Shown one piece after another: positions 51,335 to 63,065 of a stretch of 64,000 nucleotides of DNA (positions are counted from its first letter, which is position 1; each line of letters begins with the position of its first letter). Origin of the DNA: Octopus bimaculoides (taxonomy: Eukaryota); assembly GCF_001194135.2 (NCBI RefSeq), contig NC_068984.1:53467886-53531885 (forward strand), read 5' to 3'. A model generated the notes under the pieces. It saw nothing but the letters and a program-made list of their open reading frames with translations, did no database searches and was not told the origin of the DNA. The position numbers and the translations under genes were made by a program.

Positions 51335-51625
51335 AATTTGGTTTCACATTTTGACACAAGACCAGCAACTTCGGGGAGGAGATAAATCGATTACATCGAC
51401 CCCTGTGCTCTTCATGGAGTTACTACGATACTTTACATTGTTGTGAGCATTGAAAGTCTTTGACAGAAAAGGACAGTAAGCAACTATCCATCGATTGTCT
51501 ACTTCACAATTTCCTCGAAAGGATGAAAGGCAAAGACGACCTCGGCAGAATCTGAACTCAGAATGTAACGACAGACGCTAAACATTTTGCCCAGCGTGCT
51601 AACTATTTTGCCAGCTCGCCACCTC
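51335..51625 (-). mobile_element. SINE-B with an insertion of about 100 bp (about 51410-51515)
   Basis: Tail half ends CGACCCCTGTGCTC; the body resumes CGAAAGGATGAAAGGCAAAG. Other decayed SINE-B copies lie at 21365 (+), 42070, 42370, 43690 (+), 48835, 54890 and 54985. Confidence 0.75.
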
Positions 51626-51699
51626 ACCATCGCTGTTTTTCTATTAATTTGCTACATAATCAATGGTTAGTTACACGTCAGAAATGGCTCTCTGCATTC

Positions 51700-52200
51700 C
51701 ACCTTCGCTAAACTTGATTCCTTGCTCCTCATCGCCTATTAGTTCGCCCTTTTATCAAGCTGTTCACCGAATGTTAAATGTAGTCTCCAAGGATTACGGC
51801 TCTATTGAACCATTTTCCATATGTTTCTGTATTACACTGTCTCCTCTCTTTCCAGTATTATAAATTTCCTTCTGTCTTCCATTTGACAGAGGTGCTACAC
51901 TCTTTTCTTAACAGCGATATAGATTATTTTCCGTCAGAAGAGACTCTAAGACATCGTTATTTCAATGAACAATGGATTTCAGTATGCTCCAAATAAAATT
52001 AAACCTTAATTTATCTCTTTTACTCTGTTTATCATGCTCCTGTCTCGTCTTTCTCTAAAATCATTTACTAGAATTACTTGACTGGTTATAATTTTCGGCT
52101 GCGGTTTTGATCGCATTACTTTGCTTTCCGTTCTTTTCGAGATTTTACCGATGTTGTAAGGCTCGACACCTGAATATAAAAGCCAATAAACTTCGGGCAG
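51700..52200 (-). mobile_element. Very decayed RTE-like LINE 3' relic. Similar relics: about 31600-31950 (+), 40890-41000 (+), 58300-58600 (+), 60900-61100 (-)
   Basis: Only partial motifs, such as LLYSGVE...ESKVMRS and PTRPRKGRP. Confidence 0.35.
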
Positions 52201-53244
52201 CACCAAAAGGACCTTTGTTTGTTCAACACACCAATTTAGATAATTTTACTCCTTATCTGTCTATCAAATCTTGTTCACATGGTTTTTGACTATCCGAGAT
52301 GATGGTAGAAGATGCTTTTCTAAAGTGTGTCCAGTGGGATCAAACCCGTTACTACGTGGTTGTGAAGCGGATTTCATAGCCACACGGCCTTGCCTGCATC
52401 AAATTCAAATCTTCAGAGACTAGAGCTAAGTTAATTTCTATACGAAACTTACCCAATTTCATTTCAGTTCAATTTCGCCTTTGAAAAAGCACGAATGATA
52501 TTCTCACTATTTAGATCATGTACATGTTAAACGTTTTAGTTGTATATGAAATGAAGTAACTGGAAATAGTTTAAAGCAAGGAATGGCATTTATTATTACC
52601 TACCACTAGTTTATATTCTACTTAAAAATATGCTAATTTTTTCTTATTCAGTCGAAATATGTTGATGTTAGAAAAAAATTGGCCGAGGAACTATCGAACA
52701 AATTGGCAGTATGTTTATAATGCAAAGTATAGTTTACTTACATTTGTATATATTAAATCTAAATGTGAATACAGAATAAACAGAACACATTGAATTTGTC
52801 CTGTATGCCTATTTTCAAACATTGATTTAATATATACAAACATTTTCGTTTGAACCATGTTAGCGCAATCATAATTATGAAATACATTATTTTGTTTACT
52901 TATATATATTTCAAATAGCAGATCGGATTTGAGAAAAGTACATACATATATAAATGCATGCAGGCATGCATACATACATAACGTACGTACGTACACACGC
53001 TCATACACATATGTATGTGTATATATTTTATATATATGTAAGTATACACACACACCCACACCTACACACATGTATATGTAAACGAGAGAATGAACAATCG
53101 AAGGATAGCAGCACTCAACATATTTGGTAGGAGTTACATATATTTTTTAAAAATAACAATTTGGCTTAGTTTCGTGCGTGCATAGAACTCCATCTCATCA
53201 GATATTAGGATGAGATGAATGCGTCCTCCGCGCCATAAAGTGTT

Positions 53245-53923
53245 ATATATATATATATAATTTAATTTCTGTCTGTTTCTTTGTTTGTTTGTCCGTCAAA
53301 ATGAAAGTAAAGATAGCAAATCTGTAGGAGTAGTCTCATCCTGGTTCAGATTCGAAACTGAATCTTTCAATTCTCCTTGGGCATACAGCCTATTCAAACG
53401 TCAAAAGGAACCGTGACAAATAGGTGTTCCACTTGACCTGTGGTCCTTTCAGTGCCATCACAAGTTCACTCGCGTAATGAGTGACCTGGATTCCGTAAAG
53501 CTATTGTTCTAGTTTGTCGGTTCAGATATAAATATATAAACTTCTTTGAGGTAGGAAGAGAGAATCCGACAGCGAAGTGAGACGCACGACACACACATAG
53601 AGAACTTGACAGGGAACGAAAACCTTCGACACACCCCAAAAAAGACAATACCCGCCGAAACTGAATCTTTCAATTCTCCTACCGAATTGCTAGCCTTTTA
53701 CCACAAGAAAATGAAGACAAATTTTTGCAAGTATATTTCATTAATAATATGCAAAAACAAGCTGAAACAAGGTATAATCTTAATGAAGGACTTCCCTTTG
53801 ACATAATACAACAACTTCAACAAGTGCTTCGTAACAACTTCGTTTACAACTTCCTTGTACATGCTTGCCCAGTATACGTAACCTCATTAGTCTATGGCGC
53901 AGTGAAACGCCGTGAATGCTTAG
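53245..53923 (+). mobile_element. Internally deleted Helitron retaining a Rep fragment
   Basis: 5' (TA)n...TCTGTCTGTTTCTTTGTTTGTTTGTCCG. 53680-53870 reads RIASLLPQENEDKFLQVYFINNMQKQAETRYNLNEGLPFDIIQQLQQVLRNN (compare HRIGSLLP...KFLQIYF). 3' hairpin GGCG-CAGTGAAA-CGCC (53896-53911), then CTTAG followed by host T. Confidence 0.8.
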
Positions 53924-54042
53924 TCGGGAGCCTTCCATCAGAATTGATCACCAATTGCAAATTTCTGCGCTTTGTACATTATCAAGAGTACATTTGAAAC
54001 TCCTGATATAATAATAATAATAATTATTATTATATCTTTTAT

Positions 54043-54240
54043 TTTTTTATTTGTTTCAGTCGTTGGACGGTGGCTACGCTGGGGCAGCGCTTTGAAGAGT
54101 TTTAGTCGAATAAGACGATCCCAGGCCCTCAATTTAATAATAATTAAAAAAATGGAGATCTCCTATCGGTTTCTTTTACCGAGATGTAAACGAACCAACA
54201 CTGGTAGTGAAACGATTGTGTGGGCAAACACTAACATACA
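54043..54240 (-). mobile_element. SINE-C 3' half (a decayed copy also lies at 50030-50200)
   Basis: TTTGTTTCAGTCGTTGGACGGTGGCTACGCTGGGGCAGCGCTTTGAAGAG...GTAAACGAACCAACAC. Confidence 0.7.
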
Positions 54241-55239
54241 TAAATACATATCTACATGCATATATTATATATGTGTGCGTGTGCGTGTGCGTATTTATTA
54301 TGCGCGCACACACACATACTCACATATAATTAAATAAGATGCATCTAATAGTAGAAACAGCTGTAAGCTAATGAAGTTCATCGCATAATTTTCTGTTCCT
54401 TTGACTTTTATTTAATTTCATATTACGCTTCACGCTTTGTACTCGACTAACGCTTTGGCCTATAGCTATAGTAGAAGACACTTGCACAAGGTGCCACGTA
54501 GAGAGACCTGTTACAAATAATGAAAAAAGGCCCCTTCAATCTCAGCTTACTATCTTTAAAAAGAGAGAAACTGACTTTGAAGCGAACAACAACATCGTTA
54601 GAGACAAACCAAAGGTAAATACGACAGCCAAATCTACCTCAGCTCACACTCGAGCATTTTAAAAGCAGGAAAGACCACGTTAAATAATGTAGGCCAAGAG
54701 GAATGCTTGATAACATACGAGAGATAACAAGAATAAAGATGCAAAATTTAGATCTGCAGAAGATGGAGTTGACTTGTCAGACGGGTCACCAATGCACCCA
54801 TACCTTGGTAGGGTAGTATATTGTGATTCGTGCAAGATTTAGCTATTTCTAACACACCAAGCGACTGTGTAGAAACTCAACGTTAACTTCTTAGAAAGCG
54901 AAGAACTGCATGCCACTCAATAGCAGAAAACTTTTTGTGAGGCATTCTGCTGATTCTACTATCAATCACTTTAAAAACAGTATCGATTACTTCTAAGATT
55001 GGCACGAGAACATACAAGACTATACTGGCACTTATTTTATCAAACCCAGAACGATGAAAGTTTGCCTTCAGCAAGATTTGAACTCAGAACATAAAGAGAT
55101 ACAACTAAATATCGTTGTTCTATTTAGCAGTCATCCACTGCGTTCATCCTTAACGCAATATAGATAACAATTATAACAGTTAAAAAACAAACTTACAAAA
55201 AGGTTACGTAGTTTGCTTATACATTTACCAATATATTTG

Positions 55240-55455
55240 GTGGTGGATTGGCAGAATTGTTAAAGAGTCGGATGAAATACCTTGTGGTATTCTGTTATGG
55301 TTCTTTGCATTCTGGGTTCAAATTTCGCCGGAGTTAACGCCACCTTTTCATCTGTCTGGGATCGATAAAACAAAAGTACCAGTCAAGTATGGGTGTCAAT
55401 TTATTCGCCTATACCATTTTTCAAAACATGGCCTTGTGCCAATGCTAGAAATCTA
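55240..55455 (+). mobile_element. SINE-B
   Basis: GGATTGGCAGAATTGTTA head, GATCGATAAAACAAAAGTACCAG body, GGCCTTGTGCC tail. Confidence 0.8.
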
Positions 55456-55892
55456 TATTTAACAACCCAGTGGAAAATAACAAAAAAAAAAAAAGGGAAA
55501 AACAACAACAATAACAACACACACAAGAACAACAAAGGTAAAACGAAAGAAAGAAAAATCATAAATTAAGAATATAAAGAATAGAATTTTGCAGAATAAT
55601 GTGGGGAGAATAATAAAATAGAAAATCGATTTGTTTCAATCGAAAATGTTATTGAAAATACTATCATAGTTGTCAGTCAAATATTTCCTGATTGTGCAAA
55701 AAAAAAAAAAGAAAAAAAAATGAAGAGAAATAGCTTTATTGACATAGTGTAAGTGATATTGTGTTAACAGATTTGTTGTATATTTTTGGAAACATTCAGT
55801 GTATATCGGATATTATGGTATTCCAAGCGAATAACTTGCTTGCGGGGGTCATAGGTAAGATATTACAAGTATATATCCTTCACATTCTGCAG

Positions 55893-55981
55893 GAAATCTT
55901 CAACGCATCTCACCTTCGCAGCTGACGTCCTTGAAGAACACTGATGACCTTCTTGGGCTTATATACACACACACTTGCAAG
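55893..55981 (+). other. Candidate 89-bp internal exon of an unknown gene
   Basis: Acceptor CCTTCACATTCTGCAG and donor AAG/GTAACA. One frame is open: NLQRISPSQLTSLKNTDDLLGLIYTHTCK. No homology recognised. Confidence 0.25.
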
Positions 55982-56624
55982 GTAACACGGGACGTAACTC
56001 TGCATTCTTTGATTCGTCTTTGATTTATCTTTCGTAATCTTACTCTTATATTTTTCTTGCCTTTATTTTTTTGACATTTAAGTAATAAATTTTAACTTAA
56101 TTTATTAAAAAAAAAACCCCACAACTTATTTCTATGGTACAGAAATATTGATATTCAGTATTTTATAATCATTTACAGTAAAAATAAAACTGTCAGAAAG
56201 TTAACCTTGAATGTATCCTTGGAGGTGGGTTTAGTTACGACGTTTACAATAATTTTTTGGAAAAAAAATCTTTCGTAACAGGTCTTTCAATGGGCATAAT
56301 GCCTAATAGATGTATTACACAAGAGTTTATTTCGTTTATTTCAGTTTTTACCCCTCTGTGTGTTGCGAATAGCTGTATATCACAAATTTGTCCCTTGGGA
56401 TGATATGAACAATTATGGCATACGCATAATCGTCAGTTACATACCTACTTTGTAGCGTCTCCTTGCTGAACTGCATGCACTTCCTGACTGTACTTATTTA
56501 CTACCATATTAATACCACCATCGCTATAAGTTTCATGGATGAGTGATTTTCCTACAAACATTGCACAGCCGATGACTGGGTACGAACTGGTGTCTCTTCA
56601 GCTGGCAAAACCGTTATGATAATA

Positions 56625-58082
56625 ATAACTTCAAATTTTGGCACAGGGCCAACAGTTTTCGAAGGGAATGGGCGTAGAAAAGACGAAAAGCAAAAATCGG
56701 CCTCTGCAGAATTTGAACTCAGAACGTAAAGACGGACGAAATGCCGCTAAGCATTTTGTCTGGTGTGCCAACAGTTCTACCAGCTCGCCGCCTTAAACCG
56801 ATATGTTAACTATCCTTTCTACTATAGGCACAAGCCTGAAATTTTGAGGGGAAGGGGATTGTAGATTACATGGACTGAGTGCCACCACCACCAACAACAG
56901 TTAAGATATTAGTGTACAAATATGTACAGTGTAGGACGTACGCAGTTTCATGTGGTTGCTGTTATTGTTGTTGATCAACCAGACCTATGACCAAAAGTAT
57001 TCCGGTTATGACCATCTCGAAATTTGTTTTAAAACAGAATGCACCTTGAACGATACAATCCAATTTGTCGTATTTTTAATTACGTATGGTTATTTTAGGG
57101 AATTTGGTTGCTGTTTTTAGCACGTCAAACAACTGCATAGAAACTCCCTCTAATAAATAGTTATATATTCCTGTTAATTTTGTGTTTATATCAGGAAAAA
57201 CAATAAGTTCCTTTTTTCATTTCCAAATTGTCTTTAAATATTGATTTATAATGGAGGAAATGAATCTTGCATTCTTAATTTTCCTCTTCATACCTTTTGT
57301 TGTTCTCACAAAAGATTGTTGTTTTGTTGTTGGGAAACCATCTGCCTGGTTATTATTATTTCAATGGTCTAAGGTCACGAGCAGGTCGGACAAAATGCTT
57401 GACGGCATTTATTCTAACCTTTTTACGCTTTCAGTTCTAATTCCGTGGTGGACGACTTTGCCTTTCATCTTTTCTGGGTCGATAAAATAAGTACCAGTTG
57501 AAAACTGGGGTCGATGGAATATTGTCCTTCGCCTTAAATAGCTGTCCTTGTGTCAAAACTTAAAACCATTATCTTCGTAGTTTAATATTTATTGTGTGTA
57601 TTCACTGCACAATCACATTATCAGTTCCCTATTTCCTTGGGCCCTCCACTTCTAATGGTGTCGTAGGAAAGCTCTCGTTACACACAATGTATCATGAGTA
57701 TTTTAAACCTGGTGGAATTTATCCCTCTCCAAGTCTGAATGCGTCGCATTATTTTTTCTCAAGCGAGAAGAATCAATTCTAGTACAGGCACTTTATCCAT
57801 CGATTTCGAAAGGAAAAAAACAAAATGACCTTGGTGAAATTTGAGCTCAGAGCGCAGAGAGCCGGAGCAAATATTTTAAGTCACTCTATCCGATGTTCTA
57901 ACGATTCTGCTAACTCACCGTCTGTAATACTCACTTCCAGTACTTGACGAGTACTTTATTTATTGACCCCAAGAGGATGGTAGACAAAGTTGACCTCAGC
58001 GGAATTTGAACATTAGGGGCAGAGAGCGGATCACGCAAGACATTCTATCTGGCACTCTACTGACTCTGCTAAATTTTCACCG
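56625..58082. mobile_element. SINE-B copies: 56625-56795 (-), 56810-56875 (-), 57385-57565 (+), 57770-57922 (-), 57935-58082 (-)
   Basis: Family blocks GAATTTGAACTCAGAACGTAAAG and GTCGATAAAATAAGTACCAG. Confidence 0.8.
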
Positions 58083-58819
58083 ACATTATCCATTGCCTAA
58101 TTATGCTTTCTAAAACGACAGAATGCGTTCAAGGAGGACTCGATTGCTCATTCCGAACAGGTCGATTGATCAAGTAGAAGCTCACTCTTTGGCCTAATTA
58201 AACGGTTCCTCTGTCTTCTGTCTTATGCTTGTCCATTACAATGTCCAATATTCTTGTTGCGCTGTGTTAGCTTGTGTACCTCAACGACTCAGAAGAGCTA
58301 TGCATAGCAGAAGAGTTATGCTTGTAGGAAGTGCCATATTGGACAGGTAAAAGGATAGAGGCCAGACTCATAAGGGCCACCTAGAAATGGGTTTGTATAC
58401 GGTCCACACTCCTACTTAGAAATCAATTATAGTTCAAAACCAACAAGACCTAGAAAAGGAAGACCTTCCCACAGGAGAGAAGCAGAGTAGATAACCCAGA
58501 GTCTAGAACTCCTCATTCGACTACAGTGACTTCAGCGAAAGATCACAGTGGACGAGACTGCTAGGAGTGTGATAAAGTCGTTTACTCTCGTACAAAACCG
58601 TCATCGTCTTGGAATATCATCTGAAAGCTGTTAAACTCAGACAGCTATTATTATATTTTTTACATACAAGGCGTGCGAGAATTGCAAGTTTGATGTAGAT
58701 AATTTTAGCGACCTATGCGTTTAACCTTGGAAGGTGGAATAGAGGTCGGTCGGGTGGGCAGGTGGTGACATGCTTCTACCTCAAAGGTAGTGCGTACGTG
58801 CATGTTTTTATGTGCGCAT

Positions 58820-58980
58820 ATGTATATATGTGTATTTGCATTTATACCTGTGCGTGCGTATGCGTGTGTGTATTTACATTTATACTTGTGCGTGTGCATA
58901 CATGTGTGCACTTGCATTTATACTTGTGCGTGCGTATGCACGCGCGCTTGTGTATACGTCTATTTGCATTTATACCCATA
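58820..58980 (+). repeat. Imperfect minisatellite, about 4 units with core TTTGCATTTATACTTGTGCGTG
   Basis: Directly visible, embedded in TG-rich sequence. Confidence 0.7.
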
Positions 58981-59112
58981 CTTATATTGATATCTATTAA
59001 CATATATTTATGTATTTTTATCCATATTTATGTTGGTACACCTTTTTACATTTCCCTATATCTACGTATATTTATATATCCTCACTCTTTCTCTGTCTCT
59101 CTCCCCTTCTCT

Positions 59113-59149
<37 letters not shown>

Positions 59150-59213
59150 CGATTTTACCTGTTTATTCGTCTTGCATTACTGTATTAAAAAATTAAGAAG
59201 TCGTTATTGTTGC

Positions 59214-59291
<78 letters not shown>

Positions 59292-59435
59292 CATTATTAT
59301 TATTACATTTAATATTATTGCTATTTTTTATATTAATTCGTGCTTTATTTCTTTTATTTTTTAATATATTACCAAATTCTCACAAGATTAAAGTTAATTG
59401 AAGATAATTCTATAGTTTTAGTTTCATTATATGTG

Positions 59436-59467
<32 letters not shown>

Positions 59468-59906
59468 AAGAGAGAGAGCAGTAGAAGAAATGCTGTATTT
59501 GAAAATTGTATTGATTTTTGTTGCTATTTCAATTAAATTGGTCGATTAAATGTGTCATAGGTCAACGACTCTAAGCAAATATATCAGATTAAAAGACAAT
59601 GCTATAAAGAAAAATGTTATTGACAGTAAGAAAATATATGCACAAATAGAATAGACTACAATGGATGAAAAGAAGGAACAACAGTTTAGTGTGAGAGAGC
59701 GCCTGTGAGTCTGTGAGAGAAGAGAAGAGGGGAGAAAGAGTAAGAGAGAGAGAGAGAAAGAGAAAGAGAGAGAGAGATAGATAGATAGAGAAAGAGAGAG
59801 AGAGAGATAGATAGATAGAGAAAGAGAGAGAGAGAGAATTTGCTGCAGATTTGCTGACAGAGGAATACTTGATATGTATATTTGTAAATGTGTTTATGTA
59901 TTTATG

Positions 59907-59966
<60 letters not shown>

Positions 59967-61305
59967 NNNNNNNNNNNNNNNNNNNNNNNNNNNNNNNNNN
60001 NNNNNNNNNNNNNNNNNNNNNNNNNNNNNNNNNNNNNNNNNNNNNNNNNNNNNNNNNNNNNNNNNNNNNNNNNNNNNNNNNNNNNNNNNNNNNNNNNNNN
60101 NNNNNNNNNNNNNNNNNNNNNNNNNNNNNNNNNNNNNNNNNNNNNNNNNNNNNNNNNNNNNNNNNNNNNNNNNNNNNNNNNNNNNNNNNNNNNNNNNNNN
60201 NNNNNNNNNNNNNNNNNNNNNNNNNNNNNNNNNNNNNNNNNNNNNNNNNNNNNNNNNNNNNNNNNNNNNNNNNNNNNNNNNNNNNNNNNNNNNNNNNNNN
60301 NNNNNNNNNNNNNNNNNNNNNNNNNNNNNNNNNNNNNNNNNNNNNNNNNNNNNNNNNNNNNNNNNNNNNNNNNNNNNNNNNNNNNNNNNNNNNNNNNNNN
60401 NNNNNNNNNNNNNNNNNNNNNNNNNNNNNNNNNNNNNNNNNNNNNNNNNNNNNNNNNNNNNNNNNNNNNNNNNNNNNNNNNNNNNNNNNNNNNNNNNNNN
60501 NNNNNNNNNNNNNNNNNNNNNNNNNNNNNNNNNNNNNNNNNNNNNNNNNNNNNNNNNNNNNNNNNNNNNNNNNNNNNNNNNNNNNNNNNNNNNNNNNNNN
60601 NNNNNNNNNNNNNNNNNNNNNNNNNNNNNNNNNNNNNNNNNNNNNNNNNNNNNNNNNNNNNNNNNNNNNNNNNNNNNNNNNNNNNNNNNNNNNNNNNNNN
60701 NNNNNNNNNNNNNNNNNNNNNNNNNNNNNNNNNNNNNNNNATATGTATAACAAAAAAGAGGTGAAATGTTCCTCCCATGCCTATGGCTCGAGAATATAAC
60801 TGACGCAACGAAGGTTTTATAGTGTTATTGTGGTAATGCATTTCATGATATCACTATCTTCACTGCAATGGAAATAAACCCAGTGGAAAAGGTTGCTTAG
60901 TATGACTTACCTTCTTCTAGCTGCCGACAAATCTCGCCACTGCTTGTTCGCTTTCCTAGATTCACCCACAGCTAGTGCAGATACGTCACCTCTATTACAG
61001 TTAAGAGGCTCTATCTATGCCTCTTTTAGACAAGAATTAGAAAATCGTCACTTCCAAGTGGTCTTACAGCCTGCGTATTCTGTCGAATAGTTCTATGACC
61101 AGTCACCCTAGGCTGGAGATTCGTCCTGTTCTGCTGAGTTTCAAGCAGCTTACAGCTCCAGGTTAGCCTAGAAGGGACAGTTTAGTCGCCGATTACTTGA
61201 TCTTCTAATAGATCACACTGAATTATTTATTACACCAGTAACACTTACCTTGACTTGAAACACACACAAGCATATATGTAGATCCACGTGTACACACACA
61301 GCACA

Positions 61306-61431
<126 letters not shown>

Positions 61432-61738
61432 ACACACACTGCGCTCACACATACATGCATACATACACATATATGATGAACTCTCACGTTCCGCTATTCG
61501 ATCAACTGATGACCTACTTGTTGGTTCAGTGTGTAAAGTGGTTTAGTATTCTACAGTCACGAACCCTTGAATTATAAATGCCGTCAATCAGAGGGGTTTC
61601 TACGTAATTTCCGTCCATCTGCATTTACTCACAAACCTTCGGTTAGTCCAAGGCTTGAGTAAATCACTTGCAGTGGGCTCGAACCCATGATCTCATGCTT
61701 ACGAAACCAGTTTCTTAAACACCCAACCATACTTTCGT

Positions 61739-61786
<48 letters not shown>

Positions 61787-62344
61787 AAAATCTTCATTGA
61801 TGGCCGTGTACAAGTTACAAGTTTGCCATACCATTAAGGACTGATCACACAACAAGGATGGTGTCTCACTCTATTTAAGTACGTTATATGCTTCACTTGA
61901 ATCCAAAATATAACGCAAGTTTTCCAAACAAGCAAAACCTCACTCACCAGTGCTCTACGACCACTGGCCTACCGACGTTCTGTGACATTCTTCAGTCTCT
62001 CACATCAATACTACAACATTTTCAGATTCTTTGACCATTCTGTGTACTATCTTATGCGCTTATTGATTCTTTGCTTTCTCACTGTGTTAAATCTTTGTTC
62101 AAAACCTCTTCCCTAAGAGCTGCATCCGCCTAGGCTTCTTACTCTGCTCATATTTTCCTCATCAAAGTACAGCATATAGAACTTGAAATAATGTATCAAA
62201 CATATAAGCCATTCTAGACACATCAGAGACAAAGACGTGGTTCTTTTTCGCTTTAACTAACCAATAAATAGTATTACTATTGCTAGGCTCATTTAGAATT
62301 AAGAATAGAAACAATATGAAGAAATTTATGCTACTAATATTTAC

Positions 62345-62478
62345 TTTGAATTTCCGATGTCGACTTTGCCTTTCATCCTCCCGGGGTCGATAAACTAACT
62401 ACCAGCTGAACACTGGGGTCGATGTAATCGACTTAACCCTCGACTCCCAAATTGCTAGTCTTGTGCCAAAATTTAAAA
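62345..62478 (+). mobile_element. SINE-B 3' part, tail-to-tail with SINE-H
   Basis: GTCGACTTTGCCTTTCATCC...GGGGTCGATGTAATCGAC...CTTGTGCCAAAATTT. Confidence 0.85.
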
Positions 62479-62497
62479 TCTATATTTATTTTGAATT

Positions 62498-62724
62498 CAG
62501 TTCTATATTTAAGAGATGAGAAATTGTGTACATTATTTACATTATTTACATTATTTACATTATTTACATTATTTACATTCGACGGATATTTGTCCTCATC
62601 TTGTTTGTTGTTAACACAACGTTTCGGCTGATATGCTCTCCAGCTTTCATCAGGTGTCTTGGGGAAATTTCGAACCTGGGTTCTCATTCCTAAGGTATTT
62701 TTCGATGTTGTTGTTGTTATTATT

Positions 62725-62781
<57 letters not shown>

Positions 62782-62865
62782 ATTGTTGTTCAGGTTACTG
62801 CTTGGAATCGAATTAGGAATCTTGGGGTTAGTAGCCCGCGCTGTTAACCACTACGGGCATATGGC
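62498..62865 (-). mobile_element. SINE-H: tRNA-headed short element containing a hammerhead ribozyme
   Basis: Minus strand: CCCGTAGTGGTTAACAGCGCGGGCTACTAACCCCAAGATTCCTAATTCGATTCCAAG (A/B-box-like), then (AAC/AAT)n, then a unique linker, then the hammerhead, then a (TGTAAATAA)n tail. Confidence 0.75.
62613..62658 (-). ncRNA. Minimal type I hammerhead ribozyme (Penelope-associated, dimer type)
   Basis: GACAC-CUGAUGA-A-AGCUG-gagagcauau-CAGCC-GAAAC-GUU/GUGUU. Stem I is GACAC:GUGUU; stem II has 4 Watson-Crick pairs plus G.U with an A.C at its base; stem III is the loopless palindrome ACGU. Predicted cleavage is between 62618 and 62617. Confidence 0.8.
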
Positions 62866-63009
62866 ATGTAACTGCACACATCCTACGCAAAACACTTTCA
62901 ATACAGTAACCATAGGAGCATCACAGCAAACCACAACACATATCCAAGGCACACAGAGCTGCGCTCGGTAGTGAAGTGAAAGCACATTATAAAAATAAAA
63001 CTACTGAGC

Positions 63010-63055
<46 letters not shown>

Positions 63056-63065
63056 TTCTATTCTA

